From Myxococcales bacterium (GTDB lineage Bacteria > Myxococcota_A > Polyangia > Polyangiales > Polyangiaceae), in contig JAYTOU010000084.1 of assembly GCA_043747615.1 (NCBI GenBank), positions 1 to 25,298 on the forward strand: a stretch of 25,298 bases of DNA, written 5' to 3'. Shown one piece after another: positions 1 through 9,051 of the stretch (within the stretch, counting starts at the first letter, position 1; each line of letters begins with the position of its first letter). A program made the translations under genes and the position numbers. Below the pieces are notes generated by a model, which worked only from the letters and a program-made list of their open reading frames with translations, had not been told where the DNA came from and ran no database searches.

Positions 1-113
1 TCGTACTCCTGCTCAAGGAAATGGAGAACAGTGAGAGTCGCCTTCCTCCGGCCGAACGCTTCGATATGTCGAGCCTGTGGAGCGAGCTCCATCTTCAGGA
101 GGTCGCTCCTTAG
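1..113 (+). CDS. 3' end of a CDS entering from the left edge (...VLLLKEMENSESRLPPAERFDMSSLWSELHLQEVAP*), function unknown
   Basis: Open frame from position 3 to TAG at 111-113 with protein-like composition; start lies outside the window. Confidence 0.4.
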   Translation, partial: VLLLKEMENSESRLPPAERFDMSSLWSELHLQEVAP

Positions 114-176
114 CGCTGGTGCGATTCAGAGCGCCCCCGCCCAAGTAGGTCCTACGGAACGCAGTACTCGTGGTGA

Positions 177-386
177 ATCCATCAGGGCGCGGGTGACGCC
201 GGCGTCCCGACCAAGGTGGTCGTCCTCCTGAACAAGGGAGACGCCACGTTCTCGCGCGGCTCTCGTTTTCAGCGGGCACCGTGGGTTCGATTGCTCTCGC
301 GCGACGTCAACGGCGACGGTAGGGTCGACATCGTCAGAGCGAACGCGAACAACACTGTGCAAGTGCTTCTCAACACCGGACCGTAG
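177..386 (+). pseudogene. 3' fragment of an FG-GAP/VCBS-repeat protein
   Basis: Frame reads KVVVLLNKGDATF...RDVNGDGRVDIVRANANNTVQVLLNTGP* (DxNGDGxxD and VLLN motifs); in-frame TGA at 174-176 and no credible N-terminus. Confidence 0.6.
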
Positions 387-393
387 TCGGAAG

Positions 394-2418
394 TCACCGC
401 GCGAGCGTTGCCGCGAGCTCCGCCGCGCTTGGGCGCTTCGCAGGTTCTTGCAGAATGCATGTATCGAGCGTACGCGTGATCTCCGGCGGCAGCGCGAGGC
501 CGAGCGACGCCAGTGTGGGCGGCATCGTGAGCGGCCGGTGTGCGGCCTCCTCGAACACCGGGGGCATCGTGAACGGAGGTCTCCCCGCGAGCATCTCGTA
601 CGCCATCACCCCGAAGCTGAAGACGTCGCCGGGGGGACCCACGCCGGACGCGCCGTGCGCTGTCTCGGGGGACATGTAGAACGGCGTCCCCATCATCGCG
701 CCGGTGGCGGTGAGGCGCGCGCGCTCGGTGGGGTCCACCGTGTCCCGGAGGGTGACCGAGGAGTGCACGTGGGAGATCCCGAAGTCGCTGATCCGCGCGA
801 GGGTGCCGCCCCCTTCCTGGGGCGCAAGGAGGACGTTCCCGGGCTTGAGATCGCGGTGCACGACCGCGCGAGCGTGCAGCGCAGCGAGCCCGCCGGCGAG
901 GTCCTTCAGGATCTCGAGCGCCCAGGGGACGTCGCCGAAGCGCGCGCGCTCGTCCTCGAGGCTCACCCCTTCCACCAGCTCCATCACGAGGTAGATCGAC
1001 CCGCGCGAGAAGCCCACGTCGAGGACGCGAACGAGGTTCGGGTGATCGAGCTGGGCGGCGATTTCAGCCTCGCGCGCGAAGCGGGCAGCGTCGACGGGCG
1101 ACGTGCTCCCCGCCAGCACCTTCAGGGCAAAGCGTCGTCCGTCCGTCGTCCGCTCCACCTCGAAGACCGTTCCCATCCCTCCTTCACCGAGGAAGCGCAT
1201 GATGCGATAGCGGTCGTCGACCACGTCGCCGAGGTGAAGCCGCCCAGAGTGAAGCGATGGGTCCTGCAGCACCTGCGCGAGCTCTTTCGAGCGCTGCGCC
1301 ACCTGCCGGCGGAGCTCCGCGTTGAGGTCTTGCACTTCCGCGTTGCGCCCCTCGAGCTCCCGCACCCGCGCAGCCAGCTCTCGCCGCTGCCCGCTGAAGT
1401 TCTCGTCGACGGTGAGCGCGAGCATGCTCACGAAAGCAAGCGTACCGAAGTGAGACGTCGTGAAGGGCAGGACCTGGATTCCCTGCGTCCACAGGAGATC
1501 CGGGAGCCCGCAGAGGAAGAGAAGACTCACGCCGATCAGGTACATCTGCGCCTGCCGTTCCCCACGCCGCGCACGCGGCAGGACGATCGAGAAGGTCCGC
1601 GCGCAGGTTAGGACCGTGAGGATGACCCACACCCGCCTCCCGAACGGCTCCTCGATCTGCGCGAGGGCAAGGAGCGCGCGCACGACAAGGGTGCACGCGG
1701 CCGCGGCCGCGATACCGCGGAGGTAGCGGTCAAGGTTCGGACGAACGAAGAGGACCTCTACCAACATGACCATCGCGACCACGTAGAGGAGAGGTCCCGC
1801 CATGCGGACCCCATCCCAGAAGGACTGCGATGGGACGAGGATGATGAGCAGCCAGGAAGTCTGGGCGATCTGGAGCATGCCGAGCGAGACGGCAAAGAGA
1901 GAGAGCCAGAGGTACTCGCGTGCGCGCCTGCGGAGCAGGACCGTGATGAGCGTCCCGAGGCCGACGAAGATGAGGATGATCGCGAAGACGGCCTTGAGAT
2001 CCGCGCGAATCGTCGCCTCGGTGAGCACACCAGGGGGCCCGAAGGTGGGTGCGGTGATCGAGATATGCTCGTGCACGCGGTAGTGAATGAGGAGCGGCTC
2101 GGAGCTCTCCGGGAGCGCGAACACCGGAAATCTTCGGCTCGCGTCGTAGACGGGCACCCCGCCGCGCGTCGCCCCCACCATCTCGCGCCGGATCTCGAGG
2201 CGCACTGCGGCCGGCCCCGGGATGGACGGGGGGATGAGCCGGAGCCAGAGATCACCCTCGCCGGTGAAGGTGTGCTGGCGCGATGTCCACTCGCCGGGAA
2301 CAGGAGTGAAAACTCTGCCGCTGCCCCACGCGAACTCGGCGCGCTCGCCGCGCGTGCCGTCCGGGATCGCGCACCCGGCGGCGAGGAGGCCGAGGAGCAC
2401 GATCACCAGCCGTCGCAT
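394..2418 (-). CDS. Membrane Ser/Thr protein kinase: signal/lipobox, extracytoplasmic domain, about 7 TM helices (7TM-DISM-like), coiled coil, C-terminal Hanks kinase
   Basis: Kinase motifs LGEGGMGTVF, ALKVL, HRDLKPGN, ISDFG, GTPFYMSPE, DVFSFG; hydrophobic helices including REYLWLSLF; start placed at ATG 2418 (MRRLVIVLLGLLAAGC). Confidence 0.9.
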   Translation of the reverse strand: MRRLVIVLLGLLAAGCAIPDGTRGERAEFAWGSGRVFTPVPGEWTSRQHTFTGEGDLWLRLIPPSIPGPAAVRLEIRREMVGATRGGVPVYDASRRFPVFALPESSEPLLIHYRVHEHISITAPTFGPPGVLTEATIRADLKAVFAIILIFVGLGTLITVLLRRRAREYLWLSLFAVSLGMLQIAQTSWLLIILVPSQSFWDGVRMAGPLLYVVAMVMLVEVLFVRPNLDRYLRGIAAAAACTLVVRALLALAQIEEPFGRRVWVILTVLTCARTFSIVLPRARRGERQAQMYLIGVSLLFLCGLPDLLWTQGIQVLPFTTSHFGTLAFVSMLALTVDENFSGQRRELAARVRELEGRNAEVQDLNAELRRQVAQRSKELAQVLQDPSLHSGRLHLGDVVDDRYRIMRFLGEGGMGTVFEVERTTDGRRFALKVLAGSTSPVDAARFAREAEIAAQLDHPNLVRVLDVGFSRGSIYLVMELVEGVSLEDERARFGDVPWALEILKDLAGGLAALHARAVVHRDLKPGNVLLAPQEGGGTLARISDFGISHVHSSVTLRDTVDPTERARLTATGAMMGTPFYMSPETAHGASGVGPPGDVFSFGVMAYEMLAGRPPFTMPPVFEEAAHRPLTMPPTLASLGLALPPEITRTLDTCILQEPAKRPSAAELAATLAR

Positions 2419-2545
2419 CGGGGGCCATTGTGCACCCCGGCAGGACGGGGTCAACGTCCGTGCGGCACCCAACCGAGCCCGCCGCAGAAGCAAATCACAT
2501 GGGGCATTGCGTTTCCCCTCGGCCGGAGCGGAACCTCAGACAAGT

Positions 2546-2568
2546 ATCGACCAAGTCGACCTAATTTG
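2546..2568 (+). repeat. Right-end-only, diverged copy of the dispersed repeat (ATCGACCAAGTCGACCTAATTTG)
   Basis: Differs at 2 of 23 positions from ATCGACCAAGCCGGCCTAATTTG in the 23331 copy and shares GTCGACCTAATTTG with the 15813 copy; upstream AGCGGAACCTCAG resembles AGCGGCTCTCAG. Confidence 0.7.
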
Positions 2569-2631
2569 GAGCGAAGGTACTTCGTTGCCGAGCCACGAAA
2601 ATAAAATCGTGGCTTCCTCGCTTCGGTCCCC

Positions 2632-2883
2632 GTGTATGTCCGCGTCTCCAAGGACAAGCCGCAAAATTGCACCGACCTTGGGGAAGTCAGCTCCAAGGGA
2701 CAAACCGCCGATCCACAGTCGGCGGACGTCGCCGCGAAGACCGAGATTCGCAACAAATCGGCCGGTCTGAAAGGTAACTACGTCCACGTCGAAGACACGC
2801 ACGCGAGCATGGTGCCGGATGGATTTCACGTTGGGTACGTGACCCTCATGACCGGACGCGCGTTCAAGTGCCCCACGCCCTGA
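2632..2883 (+). CDS. DUF4156-like small protein, apparently lacking its N-terminal lipoprotein signal (possibly 5'-truncated)
   Basis: VRVSKDKPQNCTDLGEV...IRNKSAGLKGNYVHV...GRAFKC pattern; in-frame TAA at 2602-2604 leaves no room for a signal peptide. Confidence 0.6.
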   Translation: MYVRVSKDKPQNCTDLGEVSSKGQTADPQSADVAAKTEIRNKSAGLKGNYVHVEDTHASMVPDGFHVGYVTLMTGRAFKCPTP

Positions 2884-2974
2884 GCGTGAGCCACGCTCTC
2901 CGCATGGGAGAGATTCAACAGCGGGTCGTCGTCGCGGAAGCTCCTCGAGAAGGCCGACTTCGAAGTCTGACGGT

Positions 2975-4219
2975 TTACTTCAGGTCGAGAACGAAGTTGT
3001 CGCAGCCGCCCGGCGCTTCGTCGTCGACCCCGACCCGGTCCGGTGCGGGGCAATTGTCCGGATTTCCGGGCCCGCCGACACGGTCATGAGCGTTGGTCGC
3101 GAGCAGATTCATACCGGGAAGAAAGTTCGAAACTTCGTCCACGATTTCCTGGTCGGGAAGGACTTGACCGACGTAGGGCGTGGGGCCGGCGCTGAGGAGC
3201 GAAAAGCGGGGGCGTGACGCGCTCGCGGTACCTTGCGGAAAGACGGCCTTCATCAACTCTTGGCGGCTCGAGGTCGAGGAGCCATGGTGTCCAATTTGAA
3301 AAATGTCCGCGTCGAGCTCACCCGCGTGCCGCGAAAGAATCTCCTTCTCGACGGAGTTGGCGGTCGTGTTCGGAGCGCTACGCACGCCGCCCTGGGCGTC
3401 TCCCATGAGGAGGAGGGTCCGCTTCTTCAACGTCACCTTGAGGACCACGGAGCTGTTGTTGGCCTCAGCGGCCGTTGCTTTGGGGTCGACGTGAATGACC
3501 TTGAAGCGCGCCGACTTGCCAAGCGTCACCTGGTCGCTCTCTGCGAATTGCTCCCACTTGAAGCCGGCCGGAATCATGGTGCCGGCCCAGGTCGCGGGAA
3601 GCTTCGGGGGAATCGCGGCCGTGTGATAAACGACGCCGGGTTCTGCAACGACCGACGCCACGAACTCGTTGTACGAAACTTGATGGTAGTCCGCGCCCGG
3701 CTCCCAGACGTTCTTGACGCTGTAGCAATGGAGAACGTCGCTGAGCATGCTGATGTGATCGCGGTGCGCGTGGCTGAGAACGAGGTGATCGATGGTGCGC
3801 TCGGGGAACGTCGAGCCCGCCTTCCATTTGTCCCCCTGGGGGACACACTCCGGCCCGCCGGAGGGGCCGACCGTCGCGAAGAGGTACGCGAGCAGCCTGC
3901 TCTGGTTTCCGCCGGCGCCGGAGGAAGCAGTCACGCCCTTCGAGTCGTCGTTCGAACCGCCGTCGTAGAGCATCGTGAAGTCGTGACCCTGGACGAGGAT
4001 GCTCAGTCCCGAGCCGACGTCGATCATGTGAACGCGTTGGCTTCCGCTAGCGGGGGGCGTGGAGGACAAGTCGGCGGGATTGGAGACCTGGCGGGCGCTG
4101 ATCTTCGCGGGGCTGACCAAAGCCTCCACGTCCTCTTCGGTGAGGTCGGTCGACGCGCTGCAAGCAGCAACGAGGAGGAGCGGCGCACAGGCCAGGAGAA
4201 AGTTGCGTCCGGAGAGCAT
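2975..4219 (-). CDS. ComEC/Rec2-type metallo-beta-lactamase-fold hydrolase, lipoprotein
   Basis: IDVGSG, SHAHRDH (HxHxDH), NNSSVV, LLMGD and GHHGS motifs; lipobox VAAC. Confidence 0.88.
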   Translation of the reverse strand: MLSGRNFLLACAPLLLVAACSASTDLTEEDVEALVSPAKISARQVSNPADLSSTPPASGSQRVHMIDVGSGLSILVQGHDFTMLYDGGSNDDSKGVTASSGAGGNQSRLLAYLFATVGPSGGPECVPQGDKWKAGSTFPERTIDHLVLSHAHRDHISMLSDVLHCYSVKNVWEPGADYHQVSYNEFVASVVAEPGVVYHTAAIPPKLPATWAGTMIPAGFKWEQFAESDQVTLGKSARFKVIHVDPKATAAEANNSSVVLKVTLKKRTLLLMGDAQGGVRSAPNTTANSVEKEILSRHAGELDADIFQIGHHGSSTSSRQELMKAVFPQGTASASRPRFSLLSAGPTPYVGQVLPDQEIVDEVSNFLPGMNLLATNAHDRVGGPGNPDNCPAPDRVGVDDEAPGGCDNFVLDLK

Positions 4220-4610
4220 GACCCCCCTAGAGCAGGAAGTGTGCGCGCATGTAGGGGCGCCCGCAACTGTATGAAATCAAAAAAGCATATGGGCGATGTC
4301 GTCCGATCCACCTGCACTGTCACATCCAGTTCCGGGTAACGCGTGCACCACCAGGTCGAACACCTTCGAATCGGCAGAACCTCCTTCAAACGCCGCCCCC
4401 AGGCTTCGAGATCGGCCCAAACCCCCACGTTTCCCGATGGATTGTGGTTTAAGCGGGTTTGCAGCGAGCCACGGATGGCTAAACGGCGTGCTTTTCGGCC
4501 TTAAACGGGTGTCCGGCGGACTTCCGGGGGCTCGCGGACGACCTCGAAGTCCGTTGCCCGTGTTGGAAGAAGAGCTCCGTGGAATTCTGGAAACCATAGA
4601 AAGACGCAAG

Positions 4611-5729
4611 CTACTTCGATTGCGTCAAGGCCCACGCCGCAATGACCGCCCCGTCGACGAACGCGTATTGCTCTTGAATCGATCCGCCGCTCTCCAGAGT
4701 GAAATTTGCCGCGCACGTTTTTGGCGCGTGAAAGAGCCGCGTGCCTAGCTTTTCTCCGGTGAGCCTGCTGTAGGCGGTGACGTTCTCGTCGTCGAGGGTG
4801 AGCTTTCCGCTCTTGCTGCCGGTTGCCGCACCGGTCTTCGCGTTGCTGGCGTTGTACTCGCAGGTGTCCGCTCGGGTCTGGCCGACTCCCGCCGCAACCA
4901 CCGCCACATGCGGGAGGGTCGCCCCCGCCGGGCCCGCAAACGAGCACGTGAGGGGGCCGAGATAGAGAGCCGCGCGTTGACCCCGCGCGATGGGAGCGCT
5001 GCCCGCCTTCTCCCCCGGAAGGAGCACCGGCCCCTTCGAAACGGGGGCGAGCGCATCCATCACGCCGCGCGATGCTTGCTCCGTGGTCATGGCTACGTCT
5101 GCCGTGACCTTGATCTTGTCGGCGAACGTGAGCGAGAGCGGCGTCGATCCGAGCGAGGTCGGCTTCTCGGCGCAAAGGGTGGTGAGCGGAACAGCATTGA
5201 GCGCGGGGTGCATGGTCAACGTGACCGGTGCGTCGATCACGCCCTTGGCATCGGCAGAAAAATGCTGCCCACCGAGCTCCGCGCTCGTCCCCACGGGCGT
5301 TTGAAGATGCAGATGCGGCAGAGGACCCATCGTGAGGGATCCCTCGCACGGGCGCCCAGTGCAGCTTAGCGCGCCTGACAACGCGACGAGCGAAGGCGGC
5401 AGACCGGTCGTTGCGAGGTCGAGCGTGAGGCTCGCTTCGCGAGGGCCAATCTTCGCCTTCAGATAAGCGATCTTCGGTTTCCCGACGTTGAGGCCCTGCA
5501 GATCGATTTCGAGGTCGCCCTCTCCCGTGCGGAATTCCTGATCGTGACAGCCAAGTCCGTCCACCGTGCACTGCACGGTAGCCCCCTTCCCGGTCTTGAC
5601 GTGGACGATGAGGACCGTGGGCTCGCCGGGCTTTACGCCGGTCACCTTTGCTTCGAGGCTCATCTTCGAGCACGCGGTGAGTGGCATTACAATCGCGAGC
5701 GCTACGGCGACGATGCGAGGAGAGATCAT
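4611..5729 (-). CDS. Hypothetical lipoprotein (372 aa)
   Basis: Signal MISPRIVAVALAIVMPLTAC; GAGG upstream of the ATG; high GC at third codon positions. Confidence 0.8.
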   Translation of the reverse strand: MISPRIVAVALAIVMPLTACSKMSLEAKVTGVKPGEPTVLIVHVKTGKGATVQCTVDGLGCHDQEFRTGEGDLEIDLQGLNVGKPKIAYLKAKIGPREASLTLDLATTGLPPSLVALSGALSCTGRPCEGSLTMGPLPHLHLQTPVGTSAELGGQHFSADAKGVIDAPVTLTMHPALNAVPLTTLCAEKPTSLGSTPLSLTFADKIKVTADVAMTTEQASRGVMDALAPVSKGPVLLPGEKAGSAPIARGQRAALYLGPLTCSFAGPAGATLPHVAVVAAGVGQTRADTCEYNASNAKTGAATGSKSGKLTLDDENVTAYSRLTGEKLGTRLFHAPKTCAANFTLESGGSIQEQYAFVDGAVIAAWALTQSK

Positions 5730-5940
5730 CTACCGAGGTTATCAGCGCGGTCGCGGTTCGCGGTGGGCTTCGCGCGCTTCATGTGGCAGCCGCGCCCGGG
5801 TCGTGGCGAGACGTCACGTCAGACGGTCGGGCGAGATCGCCACGATCGCGAGCGCTACGCCACGCGGCAATATGCGAGGAATACAGGCCTTCGCGACGAA
5901 GAAGTGCCCCGACTTCGGAGCTGATGATTCCGGGACCTAG

Positions 5941-5964
5941 GAATGTAGGAAAACCAAGGCTCCT
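5941..5964 (+). repeat. Dispersed repeat, 24-bp left-end copy
   Basis: GAATGTAGGAAAACCAAGGCTCCT is identical to the start of the 15813, 21325 and 23331 copies. Confidence 0.95.
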
Positions 5965-5965
5965 G

Positions 5966-6262
5966 ATCCTCTATCGCACGGGCATGTTCGATGACGCCAT
6001 CGACGGCGACGGAGCGCCACTGCACATCACGCCTTTCTTCCGGACCGATCTCGCAGCGCCGTGGGCAGCGAAGGGTCGATCCACATGGCTCAAAACGCGC
6101 GGGCGAACGTTCAGTCCGGACCTCCAACTCGCGTATGAGCGCGCGAAGCTCTCGTGGTGGCGCGCGCGTGGGAAGGTTGGCGTCCCCGATGACGTAGAAG
6201 AAATGCATGAGTCTGTCACTGCCTGCACACTATCGAGCCGCCCCGTTTTCTCTGCAGGCTGA
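5966..6262 (+). pseudogene. Probable gene fragment fused directly to the repeat (ILYRTGMFDDAIDGDGAPLHITPFFRTDL...)
   Basis: Coding-like codon usage begins exactly where repeat similarity stops; no credible start; 3' end overlaps the next gene. Confidence 0.45.
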
Positions 6263-6803
6263 GTGGGTCGTCGAGGAGAGCGATCTCCGCGCGGCAACAA
6301 AGGCCCTGCCCGGTTCGACGCTCGGTCTCTTCCGCTGGCCGGTCGCATTCTTCATCGCTTATGCGGGCGTCGGGCTCTCGGACCCTCGTGTCGGGCCTGC
6401 GTTCGCCCTCGGTTCGGCCGCCGTCATCGCGTCCGTCTGGATCATCCTCGCGCTTGGCTCACGCGGAACGAAGATCCGCAGCGTCGCTCGACTGTCCCAA
6501 CAGCAGCGCGCGTCGCGCATCACGATCGACGCCGACCGCCTTCGCCAGGAGTCAGCCAGCGGCAACGCTGGCGAGTACCCACTCTCGGAGCTGACGCACG
6601 CGCGGATGTTTGACGCCGGCATGATGCTCAAGGTGCGGGACCAGGCCCTCTTCGTTCCGCGACGCGCGTTTCGCGGAGCAGACGACGCGTGGAGGGCGTT
6701 CGTCGCAAGCGTTCCTGCTCGGCCATGGCCTACCGGCGTGGTCTTCACCGTGGGGCTCTGGGCGTTCGCCATGGCAGTCGCCGTGTACGGCTTCATCACG
6801 TAG
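6207..6803 (+). CDS. Membrane protein with a YcxB-like domain
   Basis: Two TM helices, then ITIDADRLRQES...EYPLSEL...ALFVPRRAF (YcxB-like), plus a C-terminal TM helix. Confidence 0.7.
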   Translation: MSLSLPAHYRAAPFSLQAEWVVEESDLRAATKALPGSTLGLFRWPVAFFIAYAGVGLSDPRVGPAFALGSAAVIASVWIILALGSRGTKIRSVARLSQQQRASRITIDADRLRQESASGNAGEYPLSELTHARMFDAGMMLKVRDQALFVPRRAFRGADDAWRAFVASVPARPWPTGVVFTVGLWAFAMAVAVYGFIT

Positions 6804-6853
6804 AAGCGAACGACATCGCCGCAGGAGCTTCACGGGCTTCGGACCGATCTTCT

Positions 6854-7018
6854 TCAGCGCCGCGCGCGGGCGGGGAGCTTCCCGCCGCTGCCTTCGAGAC
6901 CGCGCCTTGCTACGCGGACGGTGTCACCGATTCGCGCGGCGAACCGTGCCGCGTGCCTTGGATCCATCACGATGCCAAACTGGTCAGCGGCGGCGGCGCC
7001 GACGATCAAAATGTTCAT
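6854..7018 (-). pseudogene. Possible remnant of a Rossmann-fold (NAD(P)-binding) protein
   Basis: Starts MNILIVGA but ends after 54 aa. Confidence 0.25.
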
Positions 7019-7118
7019 CCTCGATCGAGAGCCACTCTCGTCACGACGAGATATGCGCGAGACGTAGGATAGGCGCAATTGCGCTACGGACCATCGCCTC
7101 GAACGCGACGGCAGACCC

Positions 7119-7796
7119 TCAGAAATTTTTCGACGTGAGGATCGCTTCGTAGCCGTTTCCCGAGTTCTTGGTGAACCAGTGAACTGGCCCCACGCCGCGG
7201 CAGAAGACGGTGTAGGCCGCGTAGCTCACGTTCTCGGTGGCCTTCCAGCAGTCCGGAAATGTGCCTGCGGGAACGGTGACGCTTCCGAGCGAGTGCCACG
7301 TGAAGGTGTCGACCCCGTTCGTCCAGGTGTGACCTTCGGCGACGGGCGCGTCGAGCGCGAGCACCCACGTTGCCATGTAGTCGAACTGAACGACGTCGCC
7401 GCTCACCGCGTAGTCGAGCGTACCGATCCCGGGGCAAAGCGACTGCACCTGGAAGGCCGTTTTCCCGTCGATCATCTTCTCGCCGAGGACCACGCCGTCG
7501 TGGGAGCCAGACGTGCACAGCGGATAGGTGCCGAAGATTTTCACGTCGTACGTCCAGCTGCGACCGACCACGATGGGATCGATCCGGAGATCCCCGCCGT
7601 CGCCGGGGCCGGCCTCGGAGGAGGACGCGTCATCCCTGCTGCCGCCCTCGCTCGCGCGCGCGTCGTTCTTTCCGGAGTCGCTTCCCTCGCCCGCGTCGGA
7701 GTCCGAATTGATCACCGCGTCGCTCGCGCCTCCGCACGCCGCGACAAGACCGAGCGACACGAGCAGCGAGGCCGTTACGAGAGATTGTGTTTTCAT
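7119..7796 (-). CDS. Lipoprotein with a DAG-rich linker and a beta-rich VTVPAGTF-type domain
   Basis: MKTQSLVTASLLVSLGLVAAC lipobox; AAAGG RBS; VTVPAGTFPDCWK motif; 25 bp after the monooxygenase stop. Confidence 0.85.
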   Translation of the reverse strand: MKTQSLVTASLLVSLGLVAACGGASDAVINSDSDAGEGSDSGKNDARASEGGSRDDASSSEAGPGDGGDLRIDPIVVGRSWTYDVKIFGTYPLCTSGSHDGVVLGEKMIDGKTAFQVQSLCPGIGTLDYAVSGDVVQFDYMATWVLALDAPVAEGHTWTNGVDTFTWHSLGSVTVPAGTFPDCWKATENVSYAAYTVFCRGVGPVHWFTKNSGNGYEAILTSKNF

Positions 7797-7821
7797 AGGT
7801 AGCCTTTCTTTTTGTCGGAAG

Positions 7822-9051
7822 TCAGTTGGAGCAAGAACGCGCCTGACAGGCGTCGACCTCGGATTTGCACTGGCTGATCGCACACGCGGTGCAGGCTGCG
7901 CCGGCGCTCGCACACTCCGCTTTGCATTTGTCGTTCATGCAAGTGAGCTGGGGAAATAGGGTCTCGGTGACGTTCGGGCAGGACACGGCGATGCACTGCT
8001 GCCAGCACGGGCCAACGGCAGCGGAACCCTGCGAGAAATCGGGCCGGTCGCCAGCGGGGCAAAGCTCGAGGCACGACGAGGTCTGCGCGCAGCTGGCCGC
8101 GCCGGTGCCGTGCGCATCCATCGTGACGCAGTTGTCCTCGTCGTCGTTTTGCGCGGGTGCGTAGAAGGCGCTGAACATGCACATCTCGTTCGTCTCCGCG
8201 CTGAGCCCCTGGATGATGGTGCTGTCGGAGTCGTTCCTGTAGTGGCACTCGAAACGAATGTCGGAGCCCTTGGGAAGCGCAAGAGGGCCTTTGAAATAGG
8301 GCGGATGCTGCCAATCGGTAGTCGTGTAGAAGGGCTCGGTGGCGGTGGGCTCGCCGGACTTGTCAGCGAAGGCTTTGTATTCGACGCCGCGCTTGTGCAT
8401 GTGCGAGCCGGCCGTGATCAAGGTGACGTCGTCGTGGAGATGGCAGCGCATGCTTGCCGTCGCCGTGCTCCTCGGGGCCACGTAGATGTACGGATCGTAG
8501 AAGCGAAACGTTCCAACGTGGCTCGTCACGGAAGCCGCCGCCACCGGGTGGAGCTCGACGCGGACGTTCGAGGTGACGTCCCTCGGGCCGGCGTTGAGGA
8601 AGTGCGCCTGCATGAGGAGGATGTCGCCGCCGTGAAATGGGAGCGCGAGCCCGGCGGGAAAATCGGCTGTCTCCTTCGGGAGCTGGCCGCCGGAGACGTA
8701 GCCGCGCTCGTACTTCATCACGCCGTCACCCTCGAAGCAGTCGATCGGCGTGTCGAGCGGCATCGGGCCGGGCGTGGTGAGCGAGGTGCGAAAGAGCAGA
8801 AGATGGTGCGTTCCCACGCTCGTCTCGTAGGCGCCGCCACCGACGAAGATGTCCCCCGGCGTGCTCGGCAGGCGAACGAGCTGGCACTGGTAGAGCTCGC
8901 CGTTCGCGGGGACCGTCGCGTTCATCGTGAACACGATGGGAGACATCGTCGCCGCCGCAGCTCCGTCCGAGCCGGACGATGACGAGCACGAAGCCGCCCC
9001 TGCGAGGGCGAGGAAGATCAAGATCGCTTTCGACATCGCATTTGCTTTCAC
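7822..9051 (-). CDS. Copper type II (PHM/DBH-like) monooxygenase-domain lipoprotein with a Cys-rich C-terminus
   Basis: Candidate Cu ligands THH, QAHF, HMH and EMC; lipobox AASC; start is GTG 9051 or ATG 9036. Confidence 0.85.
   Translation of the reverse strand: MKANAMSKAILIFLALAGAASCSSSSGSDGAAAATMSPIVFTMNATVPANGELYQCQLVRLPSTPGDIFVGGGAYETSVGTHHLLLFRTSLTTPGPMPLDTPIDCFEGDGVMKYERGYVSGGQLPKETADFPAGLALPFHGGDILLMQAHFLNAGPRDVTSNVRVELHPVAAASVTSHVGTFRFYDPYIYVAPRSTATASMRCHLHDDVTLITAGSHMHKRGVEYKAFADKSGEPTATEPFYTTTDWQHPPYFKGPLALPKGSDIRFECHYRNDSDSTIIQGLSAETNEMCMFSAFYAPAQNDDEDNCVTMDAHGTGAASCAQTSSCLELCPAGDRPDFSQGSAAVGPCWQQCIAVSCPNVTETLFPQLTCMNDKCKAECASAGAACTACAISQCKSEVDACQARSCSN

Noticed and set aside
4251..4264. 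GTAGGGGCG REP-like motif (and the GTAG within the main repeat)
   Set aside because: Single occurrence with no inverted partner and no RAYT gene; in the main repeat no hairpin follows GTAG
4220..4610. AT-richer intergenic region with a GGACTTC...GAAGTCC inverted repeat and a short coding-like frame
   Set aside because: No recognisable RNA family, terminator U-tract or start codon; too weak to call
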